A stretch of DNA of 64,000 nt from an uncultured bacterium (GCA_963710755.1 CAVQBK010000003.1:885211-949210); one strand, 5' to 3'. Shown: positions 18,994 to 28,974, counted from the stretch's first letter. The notes: generated from the letters alone by a model not told the origin. Numbers and translations: made by a program.

Positions 18994-19029
18994 TCAAATC
19001 CCCCTGTATCCCCCTTTGCAAAAGGGGGA
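18990..19029. repeat. Right terminal inverted repeat of the insertion sequence
   Basis: ttatcaaatcccccctgtatccccctttgcaaaaggggga. It is the inverse of the left repeat. Confidence 0.6.
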
Positions 19030-19163
19030 AAAAGCATATAGGTGCAGTTATTAATGGAGACGCAACATACATAAGGTTTTTAATGATTTTAAGTCCGACA
19101 GACTCCTGGACAATAAACTAGACAATAACTATACGATATGCTATAGTCCGGCATGGAGGGAAC

Positions 19164-20171
19164 ATGTATAAACCGACCTACCGGATAACGGAAATTTTTC
19201 TGGCTTGTATTGAAAAAATTGCAACCCTGCAAGCAGAGATCAAAAAAAGTCATATCCATCTGCCCCTGTTGCTGCGCTTGCAAAAAGAAGCCTTTAACCG
19301 CAATGTTCATTCTTCAACCTGGATTGAAGGTAATCAACTATCACTCCAACAAGTTGCGGCCTTACAGGAAGAAAAGGCGGTCCGGGCCGACGAACGCCAG
19401 AAAAAAGAAGTAAAGAACTATATTAACGCGCTTCACTGGGTAATAGACCATGCTGCCCAAAAAATTGATGAGCGTGATTTATTGAGATTGCACAAGATGA
19501 TTACCCAGGATCTGGTGCCCGAAGAAAAATGTGGAAAATACCGCAAAGTTCAAAACTATGTTGTTGATGGACAAAAAAAGGTTGTTTACACACCGCCGCG
19601 AGCTTCTTTGGTTCCCAAAGTGATGCATGAATTAATTGAATGGCTTGAGAAAGAAAAAAAGCTGAATGCCGTTATTGCCAGCGCTATTTTTCATCATCAG
19701 TTTGTGACGATACATCCTTTCTCGGATGGGAATGGTAGAGTGGCCCGGGCGGTATCATTATGGATCTTATATCAAAGGAAATATGATCCTGTTCATATCA
19801 TGGCGCTCGATGAATACTTCGCTAATGATCGTGAGGCCTATTACCTGAAAATAACACAAGCCAGAGAACGGGATGAAGATCTTACTTATTGGCTTGATTA
19901 TGTGGCTAAAGGTGTTTTGGAAACTCTGGAAAATACGGTGCGCCGAATTTACCAAATGGCCATATCGCCTAAACAAGATATTTCTCTTTCGGATAAGCAA
20001 GAACTGCTCATTAACTTTATTAAACAGAATGCAGGGTGCAGTTCCAAGGAGATTGGGCTAGCATTAAAGGTTAATCGGGCAAGAGTCAATCAATTGATTA
20101 CACCTTTGGTGAAAGCGGGCATTGTTAGTATGGAAGGAAAAGCAAGAATGACAAAATATTATTTACAGTGA
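19164..20171 (+). CDS. Fic family protein (class II: N-terminal inhibitory helix, Fic core, C-terminal winged-helix domain)
   Basis: Canonical Fic motif HPFSDGNGRVARAV. The inhibitory motif STWIEGN ((S/T)xxxE(G/N)) lies upstream of the core. A C-terminal wHTH-like tail is present (...KEIGLALKVNRARVNQLITPLVKAGIV). Local GC is about 40%, far below the flanks. Confidence 0.85.
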   Translation: MYKPTYRITEIFLACIEKIATLQAEIKKSHIHLPLLLRLQKEAFNRNVHSSTWIEGNQLSLQQVAALQEEKAVRADERQKKEVKNYINALHWVIDHAAQKIDERDLLRLHKMITQDLVPEEKCGKYRKVQNYVVDGQKKVVYTPPRASLVPKVMHELIEWLEKEKKLNAVIASAIFHHQFVTIHPFSDGNGRVARAVSLWILYQRKYDPVHIMALDEYFANDREAYYLKITQARERDEDLTYWLDYVAKGVLETLENTVRRIYQMAISPKQDISLSDKQELLINFIKQNAGCSSKEIGLALKVNRARVNQLITPLVKAGIVSMEGKARMTKYYLQ

Positions 20172-20324
20172 GTGTTTGCTGGTTTCCAGATAGGGCCGGT
20201 TTTATGAGAAGGATCAGTATAGGTGAAGAACGGAGCAGTGGAATAGATAACGCTATGGTTTTCGTAAAGATTAAAATAGTATCAATAACCATTGAGATTT
20301 ATCTTTAAAAGCAGAGGCCTTGTT

Positions 20325-21443
20325 ATGAAAATCGCCGTTATCTCCCACAGTGCGGTCGTGCCCTTATACCGTGAAAAATTTCATCTTCTGGCCCAACAAG
20401 GTCTGGAGGTGCACTTGATCCTGCCCGCAGGCTGGCCCGAGGGCAGTCGGTGGATCAGCGCGCCAGCGCCTGGCTTGGAAGCCGGTATCACGGTTCATGT
20501 GCTGCCAGGGTTGGGACTGGGCCGGGTCGGCGGTTTTTACTTGAAGGGCCTGGCCGGTTTGCTAAGGCGGTTGAAACCGGACTTAATTCATGTTGAAGAA
20601 GAACCGTACGGTGTGGCCTGCTGGCAGGCCATGCAGGCTGCCCGCCGGTTGGGCTGTCCCTGGCTGTTTTTTACGTGGGAAAATATTTTGCGGCCCTACC
20701 GCTGGCCCATGGCTGCCATTGACCGCCAGGTCATGAAAAAATGCCAGTGGGCCATTGCCGGTAATCAAGAGGCCAGGGACATCTTAATGCAGCGCGGTCA
20801 CCGGGGCACGCGAGTGGTCATTCCCCAGTATGGGGTAAATCCTGAAGTGTTTAAAAAACAAGACCAGTCAAGGCCAACCGCGGGCATGCCGCTTCGCCTG
20901 GCCTATTGCGGCCGTCTTTTAAAAGAAAAAGGCATTGAAACCCTGCTTCAGGCTGCGGCCAAACTGCAGGGTGAATGGCAATTAACCATCAGAGGCAACG
21001 GCCCTCATGCCATGGCGCTGCGCGCCCTGGTTCGTGACCTGGACCTGGACTCGAGGGTGAACTTTGAAGAGGCTGTGTCCAACAGCGCCATGCCGCAAGT
21101 GCTGAATCAAATCGATGTCCTTGTGCTGCCGTCCTTAACCACCACCCATTGGAAAGAACAATTCGGCCGCATATTGATTGAAGCCATGAGCTGTGAAGTG
21201 GCGGTTATCGGCAGCTATTGCGGTGAGATTCCGCATGTGATCGGGGAGGCAGGTCGACTGTTTCCGGAAGGCAATGTGCAGGTCTTGCATGACCAGCTTA
21301 AAGCCTTGAGGGAAGATTCGGCTTTGCGGGAAAACTTGGGACGCTTGGCCCGCCAACGGGTGGAAGCTCACTTTACCACCGCCAGGATCGTGGAAGCCAC
21401 CGTAGCGCTTTATCAAAAAATGATGGCAGGGCAGAATCCATGA
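20325..21443 (+). CDS. GT4 family glycosyltransferase
   Basis: The ATG at 20325 (MKIAVISHSAV) is preceded by GCAGAGG. A C-terminal Glycos_transf_1 region is present (...EAMSCEVAVIGSYCGEIPHVIG). Confidence 0.8.
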   Translation: MKIAVISHSAVVPLYREKFHLLAQQGLEVHLILPAGWPEGSRWISAPAPGLEAGITVHVLPGLGLGRVGGFYLKGLAGLLRRLKPDLIHVEEEPYGVACWQAMQAARRLGCPWLFFTWENILRPYRWPMAAIDRQVMKKCQWAIAGNQEARDILMQRGHRGTRVVIPQYGVNPEVFKKQDQSRPTAGMPLRLAYCGRLLKEKGIETLLQAAAKLQGEWQLTIRGNGPHAMALRALVRDLDLDSRVNFEEAVSNSAMPQVLNQIDVLVLPSLTTTHWKEQFGRILIEAMSCEVAVIGSYCGEIPHVIGEAGRLFPEGNVQVLHDQLKALREDSALRENLGRLARQRVEAHFTTARIVEATVALYQKMMAGQNP

Positions 21444-22594
21444 AAATTGCTTTGATCGCCCGGGGTGTGCAACCTGGAGCCGGGATTGAACGTTATACCT
21501 TTGAATTGGCCCGACGCCTGAGCGGCCGGCATGACGTAACGGTGATTACCCAGCCTCAGGAATATGCGGATTGCGGTGCGCGTCTGGTACCGGTGAATAC
21601 CGTAGCCCATCCCAAGTGGTTGTCCATCCTTGAGTTCAGCCGCCAGGCCGGGCTTTTAGCGCAGAAAGAAAAATTTGATATTGTCCACACCCAGGGATCG
21701 GATGGCTTTTGGGGAGATGTGGTAACTGCCCATTCCAGTCATAAGGCGGGCATGCGGGCCTCTTTGAAAGTAAAGCCCACCTGCGGCAATCATCTGAGAA
21801 AATGGTTAAGCCCTGCTCACCGCAGCGTACTTTGGCGCGAGCGCCAAGCGCTGACTTCGGCTTGGGCTATTGCCTCTGTGACCAAGCGTGTGGCCAGGCA
21901 GCTGCGGGCAGCTTATCCTGGACTGGACCATAAAAAAATGCATGTCGTTTATCCTGGGGTCAGCCCAGTGGGGCCGGACCAGCAGCAAGCAGTGATTGCA
22001 GGACAACAGCTTCGTCAACAGCTGGGCCTGTCGTCTCAGCATGTATTGTTCGTGTTGGTGGCCAATGATCCCAGGCTCAAAGGCGCCGTGCGCCTGATTC
22101 AAGGCCTGGCCCATTGTCAGCATCCTGGGACGCGGCTGCTCATCTGTTCAGCCAAGGGTCATCACCCTGACCTGCAGCAAGAGGCGGTCAGACAACAGGT
22201 GGCTAACAAGGTGTTTTTTTTAAACACTTCTGGCGGCGCCACTGCGGTTTATGCGGCTGCTGATGTGGTCACCAGCCTGCCTGATTATGAGTCCTTTGGC
22301 CTGGCACTGCTGGAAGGCATGGCTTGGGGCAAACCCCTGTTGACCAGCACCCAGGCAGGACTATTGGAAATCATCCACCATCAGCCGGACATTGGGCTGA
22401 TCTTGCCTGCTCAAGTGAAGTCTGCGCAACTTGGCGCAGCCATGACCATAATCAGCGAACAACAAAACAATCGTGTCCAATGGGGAAGACAGGCCCGACA
22501 TTTGGCTGAAAGTCATGGGTGGGATCGGATGGCTGCAACCTTGGAAGGGATTTATCAACAAGTGCTGGCGCTGAAGAAGGATCGCCATGGATAA
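21440..22594 (+). CDS. GT4 family glycosyltransferase
   Basis: 384 aa: MKIALIARGVQPGAGIERYTFELARRL..., with a C-terminal ...GLALLEGMAWGKPLLTS motif (E-x7-E-like). Confidence 0.75.
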   Translation: MKIALIARGVQPGAGIERYTFELARRLSGRHDVTVITQPQEYADCGARLVPVNTVAHPKWLSILEFSRQAGLLAQKEKFDIVHTQGSDGFWGDVVTAHSSHKAGMRASLKVKPTCGNHLRKWLSPAHRSVLWRERQALTSAWAIASVTKRVARQLRAAYPGLDHKKMHVVYPGVSPVGPDQQQAVIAGQQLRQQLGLSSQHVLFVLVANDPRLKGAVRLIQGLAHCQHPGTRLLICSAKGHHPDLQQEAVRQQVANKVFFLNTSGGATAVYAAADVVTSLPDYESFGLALLEGMAWGKPLLTSTQAGLLEIIHHQPDIGLILPAQVKSAQLGAAMTIISEQQNNRVQWGRQARHLAESHGWDRMAATLEGIYQQVLALKKDRHG

Positions 22595-24089
22595 TATAAC
22601 TCTTAACCGTCGCCCTCAGGTCTGGTTTTGGCCCCTGGTTTTAAGCGCCGGGGCGCTTGTGCGCTTTTTTCATTTGGGACAACGGGCCATCTGGCTTGAT
22701 GAAGCCTACAGTCTTAATCTGGCAGGGCACTCCTTTGGCGGAATCATCCACGGCGCGGCTATGGATATACATCCGCCTCTCTTTCATCTGCTCCTGGCAG
22801 TATGGATTAAGGTTTTTGGCAGCAGTGAATGGGGCCTAAGAAGCTTGTCCGCCTGCCTGGGCCTGCTCCTGATTCCAGTGGTTTATCAGTTGGTCAAAAG
22901 GTTGGCCAACCAGGGGGCCGCGCAACTGGCGGCCTTGCTGGCAGCTTTTTCACCCTACTTTATCGAACTCTCCCGGGTTGGACGCATGCCGGCCCTGCTG
23001 GCGCTGTTGCAGGCACTGGCCTTGTTATTTTTCTGGCGCTTTTTGGGTACGGGTAAGCTTAAAGACATGATCCTGTTTTTCATCATCATGTTGGCTGCGC
23101 TTTATACCCATTACTTTGCCTTTTTGCTGCTCGGCTCTTTTTATGTGTTTATCTTTATGGGTATTGGCAAATTAAAGCTCAGCCGCGACCTTCGCCAAAA
23201 ATGGTTCCTGCTGCAATTCGCCCTGATAGCAGGTTATGCTCCCTGGCTGGTAACCTTGTGGGATCATTTTCTAAAAGGCGGTCCTGGTTGGCGCGGCATG
23301 GGGGCAACCTGGACTGCACCGCTTAAGCTGATCTATCATCTGCTGCTTTCCACCAGTTGTTACACCAGTCTGCAAAAAGCCCTGGCCGCGGGACTGCTAC
23401 TGCTCGGCCTGGGGCTGACGACCTGGGCTTTGCGGCATCGCCTGCGGGTGCTTTATCAACAGCTGCCGGCCAGACTGTGGGGCTTGCTGGTCACGATTTT
23501 GCTGTTCACCATAGGGGTGGTATGGCTTTACTCCCGGCACAGACTTAATGTTTTTGACCATCGCTATCTCAGCAGCGTGGCCTTGGTGCTGGTGGTGATA
23601 TTCAGCACGGCTCTTAATCTCCTGGAGAGCAAGCGTAAAGCCGCAGGTTTACTTTTGGTACTGGCTGGTTTTGCCATTCCTGGGTATAATCAACTTTTCC
23701 ATCAACTTTACTTTGATGATTGGCGCGCGGCCGCCAGGGTCATCGGCCAGGAACACAGCGAACAAACCGTGGTGGCGGTTTATCCACCCTGGAATGAAAC
23801 GCCTCTTAATTATTATTTAAAAAACACAGTCAAGCTGGCCCCGTTGCCAGGCCGTTATGACGCCATCACAGGACTAACCGAGCCCTATTATATAATCAAC
23901 GAAGCGTCCCTGCCCCAAGTCAGTGCCAGGCTGCAAGGGGCGGATCAGGTGGTGCTGTTACTGGTCAATGAAGGTGGGGCGCAGGCGGTGCTGGCCCATT
24001 GGTTTGAACAGCATTATCATCTTGCCTGGCACAAAACCCTGGGCGGTCTCCATCTTTGGTCAGGCCGCCGCATGCAGGAGGAGCCATGA
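22587..24089 (+). CDS. GT-C fold glycosyltransferase (GT39/GT83, ArnT/PMT-like) polytopic membrane protein
   Basis: 500 aa. The first periplasmic loop carries DEAYSLNLAGHSF. About 11 TM helices precede a C-terminal soluble domain. It is the same superfamily as the gene at 1..1869. Confidence 0.65.
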   Translation: MDNITLNRRPQVWFWPLVLSAGALVRFFHLGQRAIWLDEAYSLNLAGHSFGGIIHGAAMDIHPPLFHLLLAVWIKVFGSSEWGLRSLSACLGLLLIPVVYQLVKRLANQGAAQLAALLAAFSPYFIELSRVGRMPALLALLQALALLFFWRFLGTGKLKDMILFFIIMLAALYTHYFAFLLLGSFYVFIFMGIGKLKLSRDLRQKWFLLQFALIAGYAPWLVTLWDHFLKGGPGWRGMGATWTAPLKLIYHLLLSTSCYTSLQKALAAGLLLLGLGLTTWALRHRLRVLYQQLPARLWGLLVTILLFTIGVVWLYSRHRLNVFDHRYLSSVALVLVVIFSTALNLLESKRKAAGLLLVLAGFAIPGYNQLFHQLYFDDWRAAARVIGQEHSEQTVVAVYPPWNETPLNYYLKNTVKLAPLPGRYDAITGLTEPYYIINEASLPQVSARLQGADQVVLLLVNEGGAQAVLAHWFEQHYHLAWHKTLGGLHLWSGRRMQEEP

Positions 24090-25216
24090 GTTTGAGATAC
24101 CCACGCGGCACCAGGCCCTATGTGTTTCAGTCGCCTTGGATGCAGCGGGCCATGGCTGCTGTTGACTTTATGGGGACCGTGATCACCGGCGGCGGCCTGA
24201 AAGTACCGGCGCCGGTACTGCATGATCCGCGTCACATTTTGGTGGTGCGCCTCGACCATTTGGGGGATTTACTTTTTTCCAGGCCTGCTTTGGAAGCTCT
24301 GCGCCTGGCCTATCCGCGGGCGCGCATCACCCTCATGCTCTCGCCAGCCACGGCGGACCTGATGCGCCTCGATCCTGCCATAGATGATCTGCTTATCTGG
24401 GAGGCACCCTGGTTCAGCCGCAGCGGCCGGCCTGGACGCGACTCCGGCTACCGCGAATTGGTCAAAGCCTTGCGGACGCTAAAATTGGATCTTTCCCTTG
24501 ATCTTAGAGGAGATCTACGGCATCATATACTGCTTTCTCTGGCAGGCGTTAAATGCCGCGTTGGCCATACCATCACTGGCGGCCGTTTTTTACTGCACCG
24601 GCCAGTGGCCTTGCGGCCCGGGGTGCATGAGGTGGAGCGCAATCTGGACGTGGTGCGCAGCCTGGGGCACAGCGCCAATCCGGTCAGTTATCCGCCTTTG
24701 GCCCTGAAGCAGGAGGAATCGGCTCAAGGCCGGCAATGGTGGGGCAAGGCCAGACGCAGAGTGGTGGTGCATACCAGTGCCGGTGATCCGCAAAAATGCT
24801 GGCCGCAAGACTATTTCCGCCTGCTTCTGGAAGGATTAAGCCAACGAGGCTGCGAAGTGGTGCTGGTGGGCACAGCCAATGAAAAACAGAGGAACGAGGC
24901 ATTGTTGAAAGCCTGCAGCTCAGCCAAAACCATTAAGAATGCCTGCGGGCAAACCAATTTAAGAAGCCTGGCGGCCTTGATAACCCATGCCCATTTGTTT
25001 ATTGGTCATGATTCCGGGCCGGCCCATATGGCCGTCACCCAGGGCACCAACACCATCATGCTTTGGAGTCAGACCAATGCGCCAGAAGAATGGGGTCCAT
25101 GGGGTGAGCAGGCCCGGGCTGTGGTCCTCAAGCAGGCTGATTTGGAGGCCACGACAGCCCAAATTCTGGCAACAGCAGATGATATGCTGAAGCCATTAAA
25201 ATCCTTTAACCCATGA
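24086..25216 (+). CDS. GT9 family glycosyltransferase (LPS heptosyltransferase-like)
   Basis: The ATG at 24086 is preceded by GCAGGAGGAG. GT9 signature ...LITHAHLFIGHDSGPAHMAVTQG. Confidence 0.8.
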   Translation: MSLRYPRGTRPYVFQSPWMQRAMAAVDFMGTVITGGGLKVPAPVLHDPRHILVVRLDHLGDLLFSRPALEALRLAYPRARITLMLSPATADLMRLDPAIDDLLIWEAPWFSRSGRPGRDSGYRELVKALRTLKLDLSLDLRGDLRHHILLSLAGVKCRVGHTITGGRFLLHRPVALRPGVHEVERNLDVVRSLGHSANPVSYPPLALKQEESAQGRQWWGKARRRVVVHTSAGDPQKCWPQDYFRLLLEGLSQRGCEVVLVGTANEKQRNEALLKACSSAKTIKNACGQTNLRSLAALITHAHLFIGHDSGPAHMAVTQGTNTIMLWSQTNAPEEWGPWGEQARAVVLKQADLEATTAQILATADDMLKPLKSFNP

Positions 25217-26391
25217 AACGTATCATTACTATTCTAATAAAATGGTTGGTCAAACTGCTGCTGCCGTCACGGCCTTTAGTGGCAGCCCACCTTCACAAGG
25301 TTTTGATTATCAAGCTCTGCTGCATTGGGGATGTGCTGTTCACCACGCCGCTGGTCAGAGCGCTCAAGGACTGGCAGCCCAGGCTGGAGCTGACCTACAT
25401 GGTAAGCTCCTGGTGCAGACCCCTGGCGGAGGCCATGCCGGAAGTGGCCCAGGTTCTGGAATTCAATGCCTATGAACGTCACAGCTGGTGGCAAAAGTTA
25501 AAGCTCAGTTGGGCTATGGTAAGCACCATCAGAAAACAAGGTTTTGATCTGGCCATTGTGCTTCACCGCACGTCTTTGGCCGGACTCTTGCCGGCCTTGG
25601 CCGGCGTGCCGGTGCGCATTGGGTTTGACTGGCAGGGTCAGGGCTTCAGCCATACTCATCCGGTTAAGTTTGATCCTAAGATGCATGAAATCGACCGGCA
25701 CTTGGCTTGCCTGCAGCCTCTGGGTATTGCCAGCCGGGATAAACAACCTCGTTTAGGGCCCGATGAGCCGGCCCGCCAGGCTGCGTGCGCGCTATTGCAG
25801 CCGGCCGGCAGCATGGCGACATCCGGGCCCATGATCGTGCTATTTCCCGGCGGGGGTATTAATCCGGGCACAGTGATGACCAGTAAACGGTGGACCCTGG
25901 AAGGCTACCGTACCTTGGGAACCCTGTTACAGGAACGCTATGGGGCCCGGCTGGTATTGGTTGGCAATGGGGACGACCGAAGTCTGAATGACCAGCTTTT
26001 AAAAGCAGCACCCTGGGCCAAGAATGTACTGCGGCTGGAGGGCCAAACCACGTTGATGACCCTGGCGGCGGTGCTCCAGCAATGCGACTTGTTTATTGGC
26101 GGGGATTCAGGTCCTCTGCATTTGGCGGATGCCGTGGGTTGCAGCACGGTCTCCTTGTTTGGACCGACTGATCCGAATTTGCTGGCACCCCGTGGAGCTC
26201 GTCACCGGGTGGTGCGTAAGGTCCTGCCGTGCTCGCCCTGTTTCACCCCCCTCGATCTGGACCGAACCACGTGCCGGCAAGGCGCCTTGCTGTGCATGAC
26301 CTCCATTGAGGCTGAAGAAGTTTTAGCAGCAGCGCAAGATTTATTACACGAGAAAGGATTTTTCGCCCGTGAAAGTAGCATTGGTTCATGA
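25213..26391 (+). CDS. GT9 family glycosyltransferase (LPS heptosyltransferase-like)
   Basis: ...LQQCDLFIGGDSGPLHLADAVGCSTVSLFGPTDP... GT9 signature. Confidence 0.8.
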   Translation: MKRIITILIKWLVKLLLPSRPLVAAHLHKVLIIKLCCIGDVLFTTPLVRALKDWQPRLELTYMVSSWCRPLAEAMPEVAQVLEFNAYERHSWWQKLKLSWAMVSTIRKQGFDLAIVLHRTSLAGLLPALAGVPVRIGFDWQGQGFSHTHPVKFDPKMHEIDRHLACLQPLGIASRDKQPRLGPDEPARQAACALLQPAGSMATSGPMIVLFPGGGINPGTVMTSKRWTLEGYRTLGTLLQERYGARLVLVGNGDDRSLNDQLLKAAPWAKNVLRLEGQTTLMTLAAVLQQCDLFIGGDSGPLHLADAVGCSTVSLFGPTDPNLLAPRGARHRVVRKVLPCSPCFTPLDLDRTTCRQGALLCMTSIEAEEVLAAAQDLLHEKGFFARESSIGS

Positions 26392-27472
26392 TTGGTTAAA
26401 TGGTATGCGTGGTGGCGAGAAAGTCCTGGAGGGCTTATGCAGTCTCTACCCGGAAGCTGATCTGTACACCCTGCTTTATGACCGTTCCAAATTATCGCCG
26501 ACGATCACCAGCCACAAGGTCTTTACCTCGTTTATCCAGCGCTTGCCGGGTGCTAAAAAATTCTATCGTCACTACCTGCCGTTGTTTCCCTCGGCCATCG
26601 AGCAGTTTGATCTACGCGCTTATGAACTGGTGATCTCCACCTCTCATTGCGTGGCCAAAGGCGTGCTGACGGCACCGGGCACGCTTCACCTGTGTTACTG
26701 CCATACGCCCATGCGCTATGCCTGGGAGCAATATCATGAATATTTTCCGTCCGCCAAAATGAATTGGCTTCAAAAACTGGTGGTGCCCGCAGCCATGACC
26801 GGTCTGAGGCAGTGGGATGTGGTTTCCAGCCAACGGGTGGATCGCTTTTTTGCCAATTCCCGTCATGTGGCCAAGCGCATTAAAAAATATTACGGACGGG
26901 AAGCCCAGGTGGTGCACCCGCCGGTAGAGGGCGGGCGCTTTTACATCAGTGACCAGCCCAAGACCTACTATCTGGTGGTTTCGGCTATGGTGCCCTATAA
27001 ACGGCTGGACCGGGCGGTAAGGGCTTTCAACCAGTTGAAAAAGCCTTTAGTTATGGTAGGCCACGGTCCGGAAATGAAGGCTTTGAAAAAAATGGCCGGT
27101 CCGACCATCACCTTTGTGCCCAAATGTGATGATCAGGCTTTGACGGATTATTATGCCAACTGCAAGGCTTTTATTTTCCCGGGAGAAGAAGACTTTGGCA
27201 TTACCCCGCTCGAGGCTATGGCCGCGGGCCGGCCGGTCATTGCCCTCGGTCAGGGCGGAGCTCTGGAAACCGTGGTGCCCGGCAAAACCGGTCTTTTCTT
27301 TCAGGAACCCACGGCCGAGGCTTTGGCCCGGGCGGTAACTGAAGCCGAGGCCATAAACTGGCAGCCCCTGCTTATTCGCGAACATGCCCTGCATTTTGAC
27401 CGCGCGATGTTTCAGGAACAGTTGCACCGGGCTATTGAGCAGGCCAGGCTTGAACTGAAGGAGCAAGACTGA
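26369..27472 (+). CDS. GT4 family glycosyltransferase
   Basis: MKVALVHDWLNGMRGGEKV start, with a C-terminal EDFGITPLEAMAAGRPVIA motif. Confidence 0.8.
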   Translation: MKVALVHDWLNGMRGGEKVLEGLCSLYPEADLYTLLYDRSKLSPTITSHKVFTSFIQRLPGAKKFYRHYLPLFPSAIEQFDLRAYELVISTSHCVAKGVLTAPGTLHLCYCHTPMRYAWEQYHEYFPSAKMNWLQKLVVPAAMTGLRQWDVVSSQRVDRFFANSRHVAKRIKKYYGREAQVVHPPVEGGRFYISDQPKTYYLVVSAMVPYKRLDRAVRAFNQLKKPLVMVGHGPEMKALKKMAGPTITFVPKCDDQALTDYYANCKAFIFPGEEDFGITPLEAMAAGRPVIALGQGGALETVVPGKTGLFFQEPTAEALARAVTEAEAINWQPLLIREHALHFDRAMFQEQLHRAIEQARLELKEQD

Positions 27473-28878
27473 TGGCCAGACAAGGACTGAACAAGGTTTT
27501 TTTTAATCTGACCTGGATGGCTGATCTGTTGGCCCTCTGGCTGGCAGTGACCGCTGCTTACTTCATCCGCTTTTCCGGGTGGCCCATTCCTTTAAGCCAT
27601 GATGTGCCTTCCTTGCACCTTTATCTCAGGACTTACCCGGTCATTGGACTGGTTCTGCTCATGTGCAATCAATATACCGGCATGTACCAGCAACGCCGCG
27701 GTATTTCAGGTATTGACGAATTGTCCCGCATCACCCGCGCCGTGACCGTGGCCTTTTTGCTGATTACAGGGTTCACCTATTTTTACAGCCGCGTAACTTA
27801 TTCCAGGATCGTCGTGGTATACGGCTGGGTATTGACCATCGCTGCTGTGACCCTACTGCGCTCTTGGCTTAGGCGCTTGCAGGTGACCTTGCGTCGCCGT
27901 GGGGTAGGGGTGGCGCGCCTGGCGGTGGTGGGTCTGACGCCGGGCGCCGCGTCTTTGGCTCAGCAGATCAAGCGCCGGCCCGGTTTGGGCTACCGCATAA
28001 TCGGCTTTATTGCTGAAACCGCAGGCAGCCCCAGGCAATGGCAGCAAATGCCGGTGTTGGGGACCATGACCAAATTGGATAAGATTATCGCTGATCATCA
28101 TTTGGATGAGATTATCTTTGCCTTGCCGGCGGGTGCGCACGCCAAAATGCAGGCGCTGCTTATTAATCCCAAGCACCAGGAGGTTAAATTTAAAATTTTG
28201 TCCGATTTGTTCGGACTGATTACCAACCCTGCCACTGTGGATGACATTGCCGGCATTCCCATTTTCGCCCTGAAGGAAACACCGCTGGCACAGATGAGCG
28301 CCCGCATCCAGAAACGCCTCTTTGATCTGGCGCTTACCGTGCCGGCCCTGGTGCTGCTGTCGCCGCTGCTGTCGGTCATTGCCCTGGCGGTCAAACTCTC
28401 TTCACCGGGACCGGTGTTATATAAACAGGAACGCATCAGCCGCGGCAACAAGCCCTTCATGGTCTGGAAGTTCCGCTCCATGCGCCAGAACGCGGAAAAA
28501 AAGACAGGTCCTGTGTGGGCGACCAAAAAGGACAGCCGCGTGACCCTGGTGGGGGGCTTTTTACGCAAGACCTCGCTTGACGAATTGCCGCAACTCTTTA
28601 ATATATTGAAAGGCGAAATGAGCCTGGTTGGCCCCAGGCCGGAGAGGCCTCATTTTGTGGAGCAGTTCAAGGATGCTATTCCTCATTACCTGGAGCGTCA
28701 TCAGGTCAAGGCCGGGCTGACCGGTTGGGCACAAGTGCATGGCCTTAGGGGCAACACGCCTATTGAGGAGCGCACCACCTATGATTTGTGGTATGTGGAG
28801 AACTGGTCGCTCATTTTGGACCTTAAAATCATCATCCGAACGGCCCTGGAATTTCTCCATCATTCGGATGCCTATTAG
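27472..28878 (+). CDS. Second polyprenyl-phosphate sugar-phosphate transferase (exopolysaccharide-type polyprenyl glycosylphosphotransferase)
   Basis: 468 aa with N-terminal TM helices, a central Rossmann-like region and C-terminal ...KFRSM...DELPQLFNILKGEMSLVGPRPERP... It is paralogous to 7148..8524. Confidence 0.85.
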   Translation: MARQGLNKVFFNLTWMADLLALWLAVTAAYFIRFSGWPIPLSHDVPSLHLYLRTYPVIGLVLLMCNQYTGMYQQRRGISGIDELSRITRAVTVAFLLITGFTYFYSRVTYSRIVVVYGWVLTIAAVTLLRSWLRRLQVTLRRRGVGVARLAVVGLTPGAASLAQQIKRRPGLGYRIIGFIAETAGSPRQWQQMPVLGTMTKLDKIIADHHLDEIIFALPAGAHAKMQALLINPKHQEVKFKILSDLFGLITNPATVDDIAGIPIFALKETPLAQMSARIQKRLFDLALTVPALVLLSPLLSVIALAVKLSSPGPVLYKQERISRGNKPFMVWKFRSMRQNAEKKTGPVWATKKDSRVTLVGGFLRKTSLDELPQLFNILKGEMSLVGPRPERPHFVEQFKDAIPHYLERHQVKAGLTGWAQVHGLRGNTPIEERTTYDLWYVENWSLILDLKIIIRTALEFLHHSDAY

Positions 28879-28974
28879 CGTCTATGTCCCAAGGCTATAA
28901 GCTTTTGGCGCAGATAATACCCGGATCAAGATCAAAAGTATTCTTACGCAAAGCAAGACCCTAGTATAGATCTT

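Larger units (their letters stand above)
17219..19029 (+). mobile_element. IS1182/IS5-like insertion sequence of about 1.8 kb with about 40-bp imperfect terminal inverted repeats. It carries a DUF559 gene and a disrupted transposase gene.
   Basis: Left end tcccccttttgcaaagggggaccaagggggatttgata (17219-17257). The reverse complement of the right end (18990-19029) is tcccccttttgcaaagggggatacaggggggatttgatta. The first 21 nt are identical and the rest is about 80% identical. The transposase stop lies inside the right repeat. Flanking DNA is GC-rich polysaccharide-locus sequence. Confidence 0.65.
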
